From: Lama glama
Lineage: Eukaryota
Length of the DNA: 64,000 nucleotides
Assembly (NCBI GenBank): GCA_028534125.1
Contig: CM052816.1
Location: 45,882,001 to 45,946,000 of the forward strand
Direction: 5' to 3'
In this document: positions 12,840 to 27,300 of the stretch, in pieces
Layout: every line of letters begins with the position of its first letter
Position numbering within the stretch: the stretch's first letter is position 1
Notes under the pieces: generated by a model
What the model was told of the DNA's origin: nothing
The model's input: only the letters and a program-made list of their open reading frames with translations
Databases searched by the model: none
Position numbers and translations under genes: made by a program

Positions 12840-15800
12840 TTAAATTTATATACTTGTAAGTGTTTTATAAAACATTGAATAGATTTCAAGAAATATTTAT
12901 AAAATATAGGTAATGTGCAAATAATCATTATTCAAAGAATGCTTATATATGGATCACAAAATTACAAAATGCAGTATTTTCATTTCTTTGAAATCTCCTG
13001 TGTTCTTTTTTCTTAGTCTATTCTATTTCTAAGTAACCCAGAGAAGATCACTATGAATTTGAATTTATCATTTCCTTGCTTTTCTTTATATTTTTAAACA
13101 TGTTTCTAATGCTAAATCATGTATTCCTTGCTTTTGCGTGTTGTTTTAAACTTTCCATAAGTTGAATAATACTGTGTGTTCAGTGACTTGCTTCTTTCAC
13201 TCCATATTAGGCTTCAGAAGTTTAGATACTGATTCAGATAAACATAATTCATTGACTTTCCATTGCTCTCCAGCATTCCGTTGTATGATCACACCCTGAT
13301 TTCCTTATGTATTATATTTTTAATGAGAATTTGCTGTTATAATAAAGTGCTATTATGAATGTTCTCCTGGTTTGTATGTATAAGTGTTTCCTTAAGGCTT
13401 AAACCTAGTGATGGAATTTTTAGCTCAAAAGAAATATATGTATTCGAATTTTCTAGATAATCTCAAACTGTTTCCCAAAGTAGTTTATCAATGTGTACAA
13501 CAAGCAGCAGTGTACACGTCTATATATATTTATATCACATACTTGCCAATGCTTAGTATTCAATACTTAAAATTATTGCCAATCTAGTGGGTAAGTAATA
13601 GTCTTACTGTAGTTTTCAGTTCCCTGAAAAATAATGCAGTTTAGCATCTTTTCATTTGTTTATTATCTGTTTGAATATTCTCTCTTGTGAAGCATCTGTT
13701 CAATTCTTTTTTTGCCTATTTTCTATTCTTATTTAATAGTAGAAACTTTTTGGAAATTCTGGAGCCTAGTCCATTGTTATATATGTTAAACAATTTCTCT
13801 TCTTCTCTGAGTGGGGTCTTTTGTTTAACAGAACTGCTTAATTAGGATGTGGTTCCATTTTCAATCTTACTGTATATGGGTTGCACTTTTTTTGTGAAGG
13901 GCTGAAAAATGTTTTTTTTATTACTGAGTATATGAAATAATCTTGTATATTATAGAATGTTTATAGTTGTGCTTTTCATGTTTAGTTCTCTAACACCACT
14001 GGATTGATTTTTGTGAAGTTTTGTGTACTTTATTTTTTCCATATGGATAACCAATTGTCCTAGCACTATTTATTGTAAATTTCATATTTTTACCACTGAC
14101 CCAAAATGTCATCTTTGTCATAAATGAAGTTTCCTTGAATGTGTGAGTCTTTTTCTGGATATTTTGTTTGACTGGACTATATTTTAGTCTCTGTGGTGAT
14201 ATCACATTATCTTCATTTCAATAAGTTTAAAGTAATTATTGATATCTGGTAAGAGATACATTCCACCTGTTATTCAAGAGAGTCTTAGCAATTCTTAGCC
14301 TTTTTCTTCCATTTTTAGTCAGCTTTTCAAATTCTACATACAATTTTTTATTCAGGTATAGTTTAGAATTTTATTGATAAATCTGGGAGATTTGACATCT
14401 TTATGGTATCAGATCATCTAATCTATGAACATCTGTATGTTTTCTTAAATTTTTAATAAATTTTATTGTTACCTCCATAAAATATTAACACAATTTTGTT
14501 AGATTTATTCCTTAGAATTTATGTTGTATGTTTCTAAAACATTAAGTAACATTTAAAATATTATATGTTGTAAATTTATGTCTGGGATATGGAAATGTAA
14601 TTGATTTTTGTATGCTGTTTTATATCTTGCAAACTTGTTAAGCTTGCCTTTGAATCAATTCTAATCGTGTATATATTGATCTTCTTAGACTTGGTAGATA
14701 GACAGTAATATATCTGTTATTAATGAAATTTTTATTTTTTAAATTTTCAATGCAAATGCTGTGATTTCTTTTTCTTGCTTTACCTGGCTGGCCATGACAA
14801 CTAGTACAATCATGAAGAGAAGTGATGGAATGGGTAACATTGTTTTGCTTCTGATGAAGTTTTTATTATTTCACTGTTAAGAATGATGTTTATTTTAGTT
14901 CTTTCTGAACTACCTTTATCCATTCAAGGAAGTTCCTTTTTATTTCTTGGATGCTGAGAGTTTTTTTTTTAATGTGTAATTTTTAAATTATTAAGCAACT
15001 TTTCTAAACCAATAGACATGATCATAGATTTTCACCTTTACTTTATTAATGTAATGAATTACAGTAATTTGTTTTCAAATGTAAAGACAAGTATAAATTC
15101 CTAGGATAACCTGACTCAGTCATGATTTTTCGTACATTCCTAGATTTAAGTACATGTATATTTAGATGTATGCATCTGTTATTATGATTCTCTTTCTCAT
15201 ATTGTCCTTGTCTAGGTTTGTATCCTAGATATTCTACTCTCATACAATAAGTTGTTCCACTTTTCTTATTGTACCCTAGAATAAATTTTTAGGATTTTAA
15301 TTATTTGGTCTATAACTACTTCATAGGACTCACTGACCAAACTGTCCCGACATGGAGTTTTCAGCACAGAAAGAGTTTATCTAAAATTTTAATTTCCTTA
15401 TGGGGTTTATATAATTCTTAAGGCATTCTATTTCATCTTTAGGTAGTTTTGTTAAGTTACATTTTTCTAAGAATTTTCCCATTTAAACTTTGTTATAAAC
15501 TTTATTCATTTAAATACCACTTATAATCTTTGTGACATCTTTATAGCTCTTTTCACTTATCCTATCTTTAAGTGGCTTATCTTTTTTTTGATTATTTGTG
15601 CCAGATGACTGACAGTTTTATTATTGTTTTGAAAAGTGGGAAGTTGGCTTTATTGATTGATTCTATTTTATGTATATTTTCTTTCACTAACTTCTGTATT
15701 TTATTTTTATAATAATGTTTCTTATTTTCTTAAGGTTTACTCTTACATTATTTTTGTATCTTATTTGATCATCTGACTTCTTAAAATAGACATATAACAA

Positions 15801-17612
15801 TTTCTTTCTAAATACTGCTTTAATTGTACCCCACAATAATGATACATAATATCCTACTATCATTTGGGTTTGAACATTATTATTTTTATTATGTTTCCCT
15901 TCTTGAATCATGATTATTTGGAAATATACTTTTTAAAATCCTAAACATTTAGTTATTCTAGTTATTCTTTTTATTAATAATTTCTAACTTAATTACACTT
16001 TGATCAGCAACAGGGTCTGTGTGCTTCCAATCACTATAATTTTTTTAGTATCTAGACTTTCTAACATGAATCTAGTACTCTAGACTTTCTAACATGAATA
16101 TTTAAAGCAGTATGTTTGCCCTTCTTCCAACAATATAAGGACCTTGGTACTGTTTAACTTCATTATTTCCTATCCCAAAATAAATGATTTTGGTATTGGA
16201 TATTGGGGTCTATATTTTCTGACTGCACAATAAATTGTTTACTTCTGTTATAAAAATTATAACACTGAATTCATAGAATTCATTGTTCACAGGTATTTTT
16301 CCCATCACACTCAACATATCATTTCATTGAGTACTGTCCTTGATTAAGTCAACTATTAGCCTATCCTTCACTCTTTGGAAAATATTGGATTTTTTAATTT
16401 ACATAAAAATTTTCCCCTTGTCTTTGGTATTCTGTAGTTTCATTGTGGTGAGTCTCAGTGAAGATTTTATTTTTCTAACGTGGCAATTTTGGTGCTTTCT
16501 GAATATGTGGATTGATGTCTTTCATTTGTATCAGATAATTCTCAGAAATTTTCTTTTCACATATTGCCTATCCCTTGATAGATTTTCTCTTCTTCTGTTT
16601 GTGTTTCCATAAATACAAATCTTAGCTTGAACTTTTTAGAGCATACAAATTGTGTGAATTAAGACTGTCATCTCATGTGAAAGCTGGCCTTTATTTATGT
16701 TTTTAACGTTGCATTTACTATAAAGATTGGACTTTAGGGGCTTACAGATTTTTAGAAGTTTTTTTTTTACACTCTTCATCAGTTTACTGATGTATCCCTG
16801 ATATATTTTTTTTATCTGTCCCTGATCAATTATTAAATCTCTCTGCTAAATTATTAATTTATTTTTTATTTCTGTGAGTTCTCTTTGGTTCTTTTTGAAA
16901 TCTGATTGGTTATTTTTCTACTCATTTTAGTATTTATTTTATTTAAAAATGCATTAGTATTTATTTAATATTTTATATTGATAAATCCATTCCTGCTAAT
17001 TTTATATTTGTTTTCCCTTTTGATATCTCTTGGGTAGAGGGTGGGTTATACAGTCTGGAATATGATCTTACATGTCTTAGAAGCTCATCTTTAGGTATAA
17101 GTTCACTCTAGGATGAAGGTAGGTGCATAAGAGAGAATTCCCATTTGCCTTTGTGTTGTATTTGTGTGTAATAACTAGTTTGGGACCAATGTAAATTCAA
17201 TTTTTGGCTTAAAATTGTGTGAATTTATGCTACAGACTCATGTGGAATCTGTTTTCATTTATGAATCTCAGGGGAGTATTTTTAACCTCACTTCTGCTAG
17301 ACCTCTGAGGCCACAGCTATTTAAGAATTTTCTCTTAGACTCCTTACCCTGAACAGGCCTGAGTTTTTGCCTCTTGTCCCCTGAGTCCTTTAGACCATGA
17401 AAAAGAAACACTGTTTACTTTATTTAGTAAATCCCTCAGGATGAAACCTAGCTTTAGTGATTCTCTTAATACTGTTTTCCGCCTCCACTTAGATTTAAGT
17501 CTGAATATTCTTTATTTTCTTGTAAATTAATCAAAGGATTTAAGGAAGTACCTTAACATTTTTAGAAGTTTTTCAGTGGGAGAATGGGTGTGCCATATTG
17601 CCAGAAATGGTA
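12840..17612 (-). mobile_element. Ancient L1 (L1M/L1ME-type) relic with 3' UTR, decayed ORF2 and 5' region
   Basis: T-rich strand; ATATGGATAACCAATTGTCCTAGCACTATTTATT corresponds to the ORF2 NKWCWDNW region; ORF 15046-15243 contains KPRQGQYEKEN (ORF2 PKPDKD..RKEN-like); CCATATTGCCAGAA near 17593 resembles old L1 5' termini. Confidence 0.8.
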
Positions 17613-17874
17613 GTCTGACTATTTACTTTTTGAGGGGCAAATATTGATGTACAACTTAAGAGGAGAACTAAAAATTTACCATCGGTTTTAGTAATTTTCC
17701 TTCATGGGTTTGGTTTCAACACAAGGAAGTCAGATAGGAGAGTGACTTTATGCAGAGTAGTGCATGGCAGAGGCAAAGAGAGCTGCTCCTGCGGAAAAAA
17801 TTAGTCTCAGAGAGGACTGGAGGGAGTTTCATAGCCCAAAAGGGAAAGGGAAAAGTCAGTGTGTATATGCCAGG

Positions 17875-17965
17875 TAGGGTTGCTATATTAAATGCAGGAC
17901 ATCTCGTTAAGTTTGAATTTCAGATACTATTGAATATTTTTAGCATATGTTCTAAATATTCTGTT
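17875..17965. mobile_element. MER53-like hAT MITE fragment
   Basis: TAGGGTTGC...CAGGACATCTCGTTAAGTTTGAATTTCAGATA. Confidence 0.7.
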
Positions 17966-18069
17966 TAATCCAGTTATCTCTCACCCCAAATACCTGGGGT
18001 ATTATTGGTTATAATTGAGTATATGATTTATGAACACAGTATTATGACTAACTGAAAGCCTTTGAGAAG

Positions 18070-18180
18070 TACTTTGCAAACTTTAGTGTGAAATACACAT
18101 TACCAGGAGGATCTCATCAAACTGTAGATTCTGGTTTAGTAGGTTTGGGGTAGGGCACAAGATACTGTATTTCTAAAATA
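18070..18180. mobile_element. MER5-family fragment
   Basis: GTAGATTCTGGTTTAGTAGGTTTGGGGTAGGGCACAAGATACTGTATTTCTAA. Confidence 0.6.
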
Positions 18181-20059
18181 AAGGGTTCTGCTATGAGTGT
18201 AAACATGGAATCTCCCCTTCAAATAAGGCAGATTTCAAACAATAATGTCTTATCAACAAATAAGAATTTCCTAATGCTCTCTTCAGGAGATGTCAGGGCA
18301 GAAATATTTTTCTTAGGTTTTGAACTTTGCTGTTAAGTTTGCTTATAAGTATAATTGATAAATTTTGACTATGTGTTTAGTAGGCTTAATTCTTGAAGCT
18401 AGCTCTTCCTGAAACATATTCTCAAAATGTCACCTCACCATTAAAATGCTGAGACACTGGAACCTGCTGCTGTTCCCTAGCCCAGTTAATATAGATACGC
18501 ATAGTTCAGGATGCTTCACAGACAACCAAATTAACCTCAGTTGCCACATGTGATACTCCCTGGAACAAGCCAATATTATACTAATTATAATGAGATGAGT
18601 TTTATACCTGCTGAACTGAACTACAGGTAACTCTAAATGTGGAAACAGTAGAGTATCAGAACTGGATTGACAAGAGACATGCTAGAATAATTTCCATGTA
18701 TGCTTCCTTCCCTTTCTCCCCTACCTCTGGCCAGTTCCAGACTACATTTACGAAAACAGGTGGGAATGTCTGGCATAAGTGGAGTAACTCTCTGGGGTTA
18801 GATTTTCCAACATTTTGTTAGAGGCTAGAAATTTCTCTTCCTCCTTTGGAAAACCTGTTCTCAGTTTTCCCATGAGATGAGAATGTTCAGAATAGTATAA
18901 TATAACATGACTAAGGAATGTGAGCTCTGTATTACTTTATCATTGTGATTCTTTTTATCAGTATGTGAATTTTTGTAAATTTTTACATTTGCTTTTATTC
19001 TAGTGGTAGTTCAGTGTGGTTCATTGTCATTATTCTGAAATTTTGTTTCATTTACTTTTTCCTACCATTGTCATGAAAATAAATACAGATCATGATATAT
19101 TTAAAAAACAACAATTAAAAAATGTACTCTTCTAATTCATCATACATCATTGTTTTTGCATGTGAATGGTTATATCTCATTAATGGCTTCTGTAGTGTAA
19201 CTGTAATTAATATTTATATATTAGTTATAGTATTTGTTCTTACAGAAAAAAAGAATTATGTAGTATAAAATTGAATGTTTTAAAGCATTCAAGTAAACCA
19301 AAAATATTTCCACAAAAATGTGTTGAAAGGATGTAACAATCCAGCATGTGATTTTAATTAATGTCCAAGTAACTAAAAATGTATTTAGTTCATAAAGAAA
19401 ACATATTGACATCTAATTATGGATCATAGAATTTGGTGCAGCAAAACTGTAGTGCATCTGTTCAGTGAAAACATAATCATGGAGAATACTAAATGGCACA
19501 ATATATAATGAAAAATTGAAATAATGCACAAATAAGACCATTAAAAAATCACAGTGTGAAACCAAATAGAATTGGAATTTAGCAAGAGAGGTCTGGTAGT
19601 TCTAGTTTATTGATAACAGAGATTGTCAAATTCATGCAAAACTTAACTCATTCTGCTAATTTCAATGGTCATGCAGCAGAATATTCTCTCTTTTCTCCTT
19701 TAATGGAATTTAAAATTTTAAAGTAGATGGGAAACCTTAGCCCCATTAACCCACTTTCATATTTACAGACTTAACAATACATACAGATCAAGGTAAGGTT
19801 TATCTTTTCAATAAATCATTTTTCTTTAATTGACAATGGCAAAGACAAATGCCAAGAATGTTGACTTAATTTTTTTTTTTTACATTATCATTGCTTCAAT
19901 CCCCTTTTCTCTGTTCCTATCGATTTAGTTCAGGCCCTCACTTCTTCTTACTGGGATTTCAGATAGCCTCCTCAGTAGCCTGCTAGCTGGTTCACTTGGT
20001 TCCTAGTGGCTGCTGGACTTCCTGATCTTTTCCCCTGCAATGTATTCTATACCTTACAG

Positions 20060-20233
20060 CAGTAGTTCTCAGATTTGAGCTTGTGTCTGAATCACCTGGA
20101 GGACTTGTTAAAACACAGATTTTTGGGCTGCATCCCCAGAGGTTGAAATTCAGCTGGTCTGGGAAGAGACACAAGAATTTGCATTTCTAATGATTCCCAG
20201 GTGATGCTGATACTATGGGTCCAGGGACCACTG
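20060..20233. mobile_element. MER5A (hAT-Charlie), inserted in an L2 remnant
   Basis: CAGTAGTTCTCA...GAATCACCTGGAGGACTTGTTAAAACACAGATT...GAATTTGCATTTCTAA...CCCAGGTGATGCTGAT...CCAGGGACCACTG. Confidence 0.9.
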
Positions 20234-20239
20234 TCTTGG

Positions 20240-20780
20240 GATTTTGCTAGTCACCTTAAGGCTAATCTTGCCTCAGTACTCCATTTTCACAACCCTTTAT
20301 TGGCTTCCTGTGATCTTCCAAATGAAGCTCAAACATTATGAGGTATTAAGGGATTCCTACCATGTCACACCCCAGTCTATCTTTTCTGCTCATCTCCAAG
20401 TTGCCTCTCTCTGGGTACTTAATGTTTTAGCACAACAGTACTGTCTTCATGCTTTTGTTTTGCTGTCTCAGTCTGCTTGGATAGCCCTTTCTCTTTTATC
20501 TTTGTATTTCATTCAAGTCTCAGCACAAATGCTCCCTCCACATTGAAGCATCTTTGATTCTCTCTCATTTATGTAGGTCATAAATAATGTCACACTTCTC
20601 TGAACTCTTTCCACATTTAGTTTTTCTTACATTAATTTCTGCATTCTCTGTTTTTTATTATTTTTGCTTGAGTACATATCTAAGTTCTATTAGCTCATAA
20701 GATACCTTGGAGCAGAGCTTGAATTTTATCTTCTTTTCTAGCACAATAGATGTTGCTAATAGATATTTGTGGATTTTTGT
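20240..20780 (+). mobile_element. L2 fragment (3' region)
   Basis: Pyrimidine-rich L2-type text (ATTCAAGTCTCAGCACAAATGCTCCCTCC) ending CTAGCACAATAGATGTTGCTAATAGATATTTGTGGAT. Confidence 0.55.
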
Positions 20781-20824
20781 TATTTATATAATAATCATGA
20801 AAATAACAATAATAAAGATGATAA

Positions 20825-21060
20825 TAATAAAATAACTGATACCTACTGAATTCTTTGTAGCTAAGCAGGGTTATAACTTCACATATTTTGTTTCATTTAA
20901 TGTTCTCATTATCCCTAAGAAATATTTCCATTCTCATTTTATAGATAAAGAAACTGAGGCACGAAGAAGTTAAATAACTTGTCTATAGTCACATAATTGG
21001 TAAGCAGAGTAACTGAGATATGATTTCAGGCAGTAAATCCCAAGAGCTCAGTCTTCTGAC
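20825..21060 (-). mobile_element. MIR SINE
   Basis: CTCATTTTATAGATAAAGAAACTGAGGCACGAAGAAGTTAAATAACTTGTC core. Confidence 0.85.
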
Positions 21061-23499
21061 TCCTTAGATAATGAAGTTTCTTGTATCATAGAAATGTAGA
21101 TACTTCAAACTTGGGGCACAAATGGACAAACATGTCTGCAAAACCTTATCTTGTGATTTAAAAACTGACTAAACTTTGACAACCACTAACTCATATTTAG
21201 TGGTAGAGCGGCCCTGAATATTCTTCCACTTGTAGTGGGTATATATGATTTATCAGCATCCTTTTAGTGTGTGTGTGTGTAGGGGCTACAGGGAAGTAGT
21301 TGGTGACAGTCCTGAGTTAGGTTTCACAAAATGGGACACGTGTGAAGGCACAAAGCACCAAGTGAAGATTTGTTCGGTTTCAGGGTTTCTTTAAAAATCA
21401 TGGTGACAATCTAGGGTTAGTGTAGGTTATTTTAATCAATGATCAAGTCACTTCCTTTTAACACAAATAGGGCTCAGTTATTCTAATAATTTACTTTTTA
21501 AAGAAAATGAACAAAACAAAAAACCCCACCTCTTTGACCTTTTGAGTTGACAAGTTGTATTCAATATAAAGTTTCTTAAATATTGTACCAACATAAAGCA
21601 AAGTATACATTTTATACAACTGTAAAGTTAAACGTAAAAAATTAAGTCCAACCAAGACTATAAAATCCAAATGTAAACCATTTATGTTTCTCATGTTATA
21701 TTTAAAAGTAACAAGTGCACCCTTTTGTTTAGTGTGTTACTTATTGTCAACACAATTTTTATGCTTTTGAGCATGAGACTACAGTTTGATTCATCATTAT
21801 AATTATTTCTCCATTCTAAAGGAATTTTTGATTTTAACTACAGCTCTATTATTTTCATGAGTCAATCAATTAAAAAATCTATATAAAATGTAAAATACAA
21901 TAACAAAAAAGATAATTAAGTGAAAATTTCTGCAGAGTATATTTATGTAATGTGTACTGATAATATACTGTTTTAAGATGTTACATAGTCAGACTAGCCT
22001 GCATTGTCTGTTGGGCAGCTTTTTTCTGGTCAGTATGTTTCCACAACTGGAAGCTTTTTAATAACAACTACTGTTTAAACTTAATTCAGAAAACATGCTG
22101 GATGTCATTTGGCCTTCAGGCACTTAGAATATGATCAAAGGTAAACTAAATACCTGGTTATAAGGCAGTCACATAGATGGGATATAATATGCTAATATCA
22201 ATATTTAAAAGTCCTTTAGAAAAGAAAGCATAATATTAATAGCAACAAGAACAGCAACAAAATTTCCAGAACTTCAGAACCAATATGAATAAACCCTTGT
22301 TCTCAGGATCTTTGAAAACCTGGAACCATTCTTTGGAACTTTGGTTTGGATTGCAAATATGGAGTACATAGGGCAATTAACAGAAGAAAAATTTTGCATC
22401 ATGGACAAGAACTTTAATGGACTGGAGGTTTGTTAGATACTCAAAAAAAAAAAAAAAGATTTGAAGAAGCAAGAAATACTGTATGGAGAAAGCTGGAAAA
22501 GTAAAAGATAAATCATGGACACTTTCCTCTCTTACTTTGTGCCCTCTACTGGCACTCTTCTTGAAGACCACTCAGAAAACTTATGTAATACAAGAGGTGA
22601 CTTCTGACACAAATTGTTGCATAAAGAACCTCAGTGTGCTCCGACTGTATTTGTCTTCATTCTGCTGCAACATGTAGTGACAGTCTTGCATATATTATGT
22701 CTGCCACTGTGCAGTCTTCACCCTGGACTTCTAATTGTTTAAGATCTTTTGAATATCTTTATTCAGTATATCAAATTATATCATGCACAAGAACAAAGGA
22801 ATGAAGTCCACTTTCTTGAATTCAGGGATAATTCCTTGTTAAATATCCTTTGCTTATACAAACATGAATTAGTCTAAAGAGTTCCATGTTAAGAGGGTTT
22901 TAAACTATTTTCCTCTAGAAACTTACTCCATTGTATAACGCCTCGCATTTCTGTGTAGGCATCCTTCCTTATATCTTATCTAAACCCTCTGTACTGCAAT
23001 TTATTCTTTTCCCCTTTGTCTGGCTTTAGCATTGGAACAGATGGCAATCTTTTGTCAGTAATTGAAGACTGTATCTAAGAAACACTGAGTCTGAATCAGA
23101 ATTCATTTGTTAGGCAAAACTCCTATTCAGGACAAAAGCTAGGACAATCTTTGGAGGTATCAAATGTATCTTGAAGCTCTATTTCCCCTTTTTCTCACTT
23201 TCTGTCACTTAGTAACTTCATTTTTTCTTTTCTCGTCTCTATCTTAAGATCTGTAACTGTTAAGCTTACTCACATTGAGGTGTAAATGACTGCTAAAACT
23301 TAAATTATAAGCCTTTGGGGGAGGGTATATTAATTTTAACAAGGAAATTTTTTCTTATATTGAGATTTTTTATCACAGGGTTATAATACTATAATTAGAT
23401 AGAGTAAAGTGGAAGGAAGGTGGAGGGTCGCTGTTGACATCACTGGAATCATTCTGCGCAGGTGATCAGTTGAAATGCTCCACATGCAAGCAGTTGCTC

Positions 23500-24345
23500 T
23501 CTTTATTCATGAGTCATTCAACAGATATTCCCTGGGCATCTAGTGGCTGGGGCATTGGGAATCCAGTGGTGAATTAGACAGTGTCTTATATTCTTTTGGA
23601 GGGGGAGAAAAACAGTAAACAAACTAACGAAAACAAGAAAATGTCAAGTGTGAGAAATGTTAGGCAGAGAATTAGAATAGGGTGAGGTGACTAGAGAGTG
23701 ACTGGCTGGCTACGTTAGATCTGGAGTCATAAAAGGCATTTCTTGGGGGAGGTCAGGTCTCAATTGAAATATAAATGTAAGACAGGGTTAGCCATAGGCA
23801 CTGGGGGAGAATGGTACTCCAGGGAGAGGTAAGAGCAAGTCCAAGGACTCTACAGATAGGGCTAAACTTAGCATGTCAATGCCTGGCTCTCACTGGAAAA
23901 GAGGGAGTCTAGAGGATGAGGTTGGGGAGAGAAGGAGGGACCAGTTCATACAGGTCCTTGGTATACCATTATAGAAACTTAACATTTTATTCTAAGTATA
24001 GAGAGAGGCCTTTGGAGCTGGATCTGAGTTACATTTTTAAAAATATTACCAGGTTTGCTCTGTGTGATAGCAAGGATGGAAGCAGGAAGACCAGTTAAGC
24101 TATTGAATATTCAGGTGAGAGAAATGGTGACTCAGGGTAGGATGGTGGAGATGGAAACATAGAAAAAAGATTTAAGAGGATGATTGACAGGGTTTGTTAA
24201 TGAGTTAAATGAGGAGTGTGAGTGAAAGAGAGGAGTCAAGAGTAATGCCTAGACTTAAGGCTTGACTAATTCAGGAGTGATGCTTCCTTTTTTATTATGG
24301 GGAAGACTTAGAAATAGGTCTAGAGGTAAGATCAAGATTTTATGA
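23500..24345 (-). mobile_element. L2 LINE 3' segment
   Basis: Begins ATTCATGAGTCATTCAACAGATATT (antisense L2 tail); GGAAGCAGGAAGACCAGTTAAG and GAAAGAGAGGAGTCAAG motifs. Confidence 0.8.
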
Positions 24346-27300
24346 TGTAATATGATACAGTAGTTAGGATCACAGATTTTGAGGTAAGGCATACTTGAAT
24401 CTAAATCCTCCTGTCTTAGGTACTTTCCAGCTCTATGATCTTCAGCATAAGCGGGCATCAATATAAGCATAGGATCGTAACAACAGAAAAAACAGACAAT
24501 TCATAGAAAGCAACTTAGGTACATCAGCATTATTACTAAATTTGAGATTAGAACTTAAAATCGATTTTTTTCTGTTGTCTAAATTTTAATATTCTTGGTT
24601 AATATTTTATGCCATTACTCTAAGATATCATCCCAAATTGCAGAATTTAAGAATTACAAACAGTTGTTATTTTCTGACTAATTCTTTAACTAAAAGGGTT
24701 ACATTCCTTTCAATATGCCACAGTATTGTTTTAACTGTAGCAGTATATTGGTTCCTAATGGTTAGTTTGTCTGTTAAGACACAGAGATTATACCATTGTC
24801 CAGTACAAACATTGGTCATTTTCGCATCTTTCATTATGCTGTGTGGTTTTCTTTATAAAGCCTAGGCACCCGCAATTATCCATTTTATTCATATGCTTTT
24901 AACCTTTTATTTAAAAATGTCATACTGTATTCTGCCTTCAGCAAACACTACTCTTCTCTGTTTGGTGTCTTTATCAAACATAATTCATGAGTATCTCCTA
25001 CATTTCTCCAGGTTTCTGATGAAAATGGAAGCCTGAATTCTGGACTTAATGATGATGATAAATTATTTGAGGGGAGTATAGTAAGAGGCATAAGAAAGCA
25101 ATTTTTTCCACTTGTGGGGAACTTACAATATTTCTCTTTTTTAGGCCATGTCTTATGAGATAGCTTACATCTGGGAGGGACAGAGCTTATAATAGCAGTA
25201 AGATCATTTTAAAATCATCAACTGTAAAAAAAAAATCCTTGTATGGAAGAGATCTGTTTAAGATTCGAACACTTAGAATTTATATATGCTCTTGATTGGC
25301 AAATATTCTGTGGTCCCACATTAGCTACTTTCAGCTTTTTAGACAGATAAAGAAGGGGTCATTTTCACTGGTTAGGAGGATGCAAGGCTTTGAGGACAAA
25401 TAGATGGTGATATAGTACTTTCTATATAAAAGTTATTTTTTTTTAAAGTTTATTAATGAAAATGCTGATGAAAGTAAGATCAAGAAGGAAAGATGAATTG
25501 CATATACCTCTTCCTCTCAAATCATAATGCTCTTAAATATGGCCCATTAATTTCCAGCCTGGAGATAGTATTGATGACGCAATACTCCTGTGGGAATAGA
25601 CTTTGCATTCAACACATTTTACTCATTCACGTTTAACTCATTCAATATGATCAATTTATCAATATGAATGAGACCATCAGGGAACCTATTAAAGAAATAC
25701 GCATGCTTTGATACCTGATGCATATGCCTCTTTGTTGAGGCAGAAAGTTATTTTGCTGGGCTAACTCAAGAAATTCCTAATGAAGGTGCAAAATAAAAAT
25801 TGCCAAAATAAGTGAGAGGTACTTGTGGTTGAAAGTGTTATAGAGCCCAAAATCCTGAGTAAAGAAATAATTTTATATTTGCTTCGGAGACACACCATTT
25901 ATTTCTGTTGGCCAACATCCTTTGAAACAACTATTTGGTTTTAATGGATATATATTTTGCCACTCTGCCATCAGTAATTTGAACAGCTTGAAATACTGTA
26001 TGTCATCTTACATTGCGTTCTCTTTGAAGAAAACACAATCACTGGATTGTTTTTCATTGATTTAAAAACATTGACTTGCTGAAGTAAGAGCCTGTGTGCA
26101 GTCATAATTCTTGTCTTTTCTTCCTCGGCAAAGCCTGTGATAATTCTTAGCGTTTCAAGCAGGTGTCATGCATCACATCCAAGTGCTTAATAAATGCACC
26201 AGAAGTATATTTTTTCTTAAGGCCTTGTGTTTATCCCATTTCCATTTATCTTGTGAAATATCTTCAAATGCTTTTCTAAAATCCTGGGAAAGAGCAGGTT
26301 AGCATTTCCACTTGGCAAGCAGAGCTAGTAAGTGTATGGCTCTCCTGTCTATTTTGACCTTAATCAACATTGGTGATTCCTAGCCTGTGTGCCAAGGGGC
26401 TGTGAGGAGTGGCGGAGTTATTGGATGGGGCCCACCATCCATATGTACACCAAGCTTTTTTTAAATATCTCTAATGTGAAAATGTACTGTGTTTTTTCTA
26501 AATGCATGTAAATGCTGCTATGATCAACAAAACACAAATACATTTAAAAGTGATCCTTAATTCATGGTAGCTTTTCATCATTTTACGTTTTCTCAGTAAA
26601 TGGAAAGTACTGAGTTACTTGTATTTTTATTTTTTTACATTGTGATTGACAGTGTTTAATGCATTAAATTTTAAGAAAAGATGACATTATTGACCATAGG
26701 TACCTCACTGATACCAAAATGAAATAATTTTTTTGTTGCATTAGTATTGAAAGCTGGTCATCAGCCATTTCACATTCATTTTGATGTACAGCATACTAAT
26801 AAGATAACTAACAACAACTATAATAGCTGTTGTGTTGGGTGTAGGCAGTCATTTAGTTTTCACACCAATCCTATAAAGTAATTATTATTATTTCCATTTC
26901 ATTAAAAGGAAACCAAGACTCGAAGAACTTAAGTATATTGCCTTTGAACCAATAGCAAACTAGTAGGTAATGTGGGGTTTTGTTTCTGATTTGGCCATCT
27001 GACTGTTTTCTTTTTTGATTGAGTCACATTGCAGAGCAGTATGACATGTGAGACATACATATCAAAGTTGTGCTTGATCCTAGAAGGCTATTTTCTTAAT
27101 TTTAGAACCTGTATTCATGGAAGGGATATGACTGGACCTGCCTTAAATAATGTTGAATCTAATCAATTAGGATTTTTTTTAAGAACATGTAATCTGGAAA
27201 GGTTTGCTTGTCAAATCCATAAAATCATATGAATACTATTCAAGCCAGATAGAGCAACTACCCTTCATTACTAAACCAGCATCCACCTACTAGACATACA

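Noticed and set aside
13990..14205. ORF with L1 ORF2-like residues (also 15046-15243 and 33753-33944)
   Set aside because: Frameshifted or antisense fragments of dead L1 copies, not functional genes
24181..24190. TGATTGACAG decamer
   Set aside because: Inside an L2 remnant whose sequence is naturally close to this motif; not treated as independent regulatory evidence
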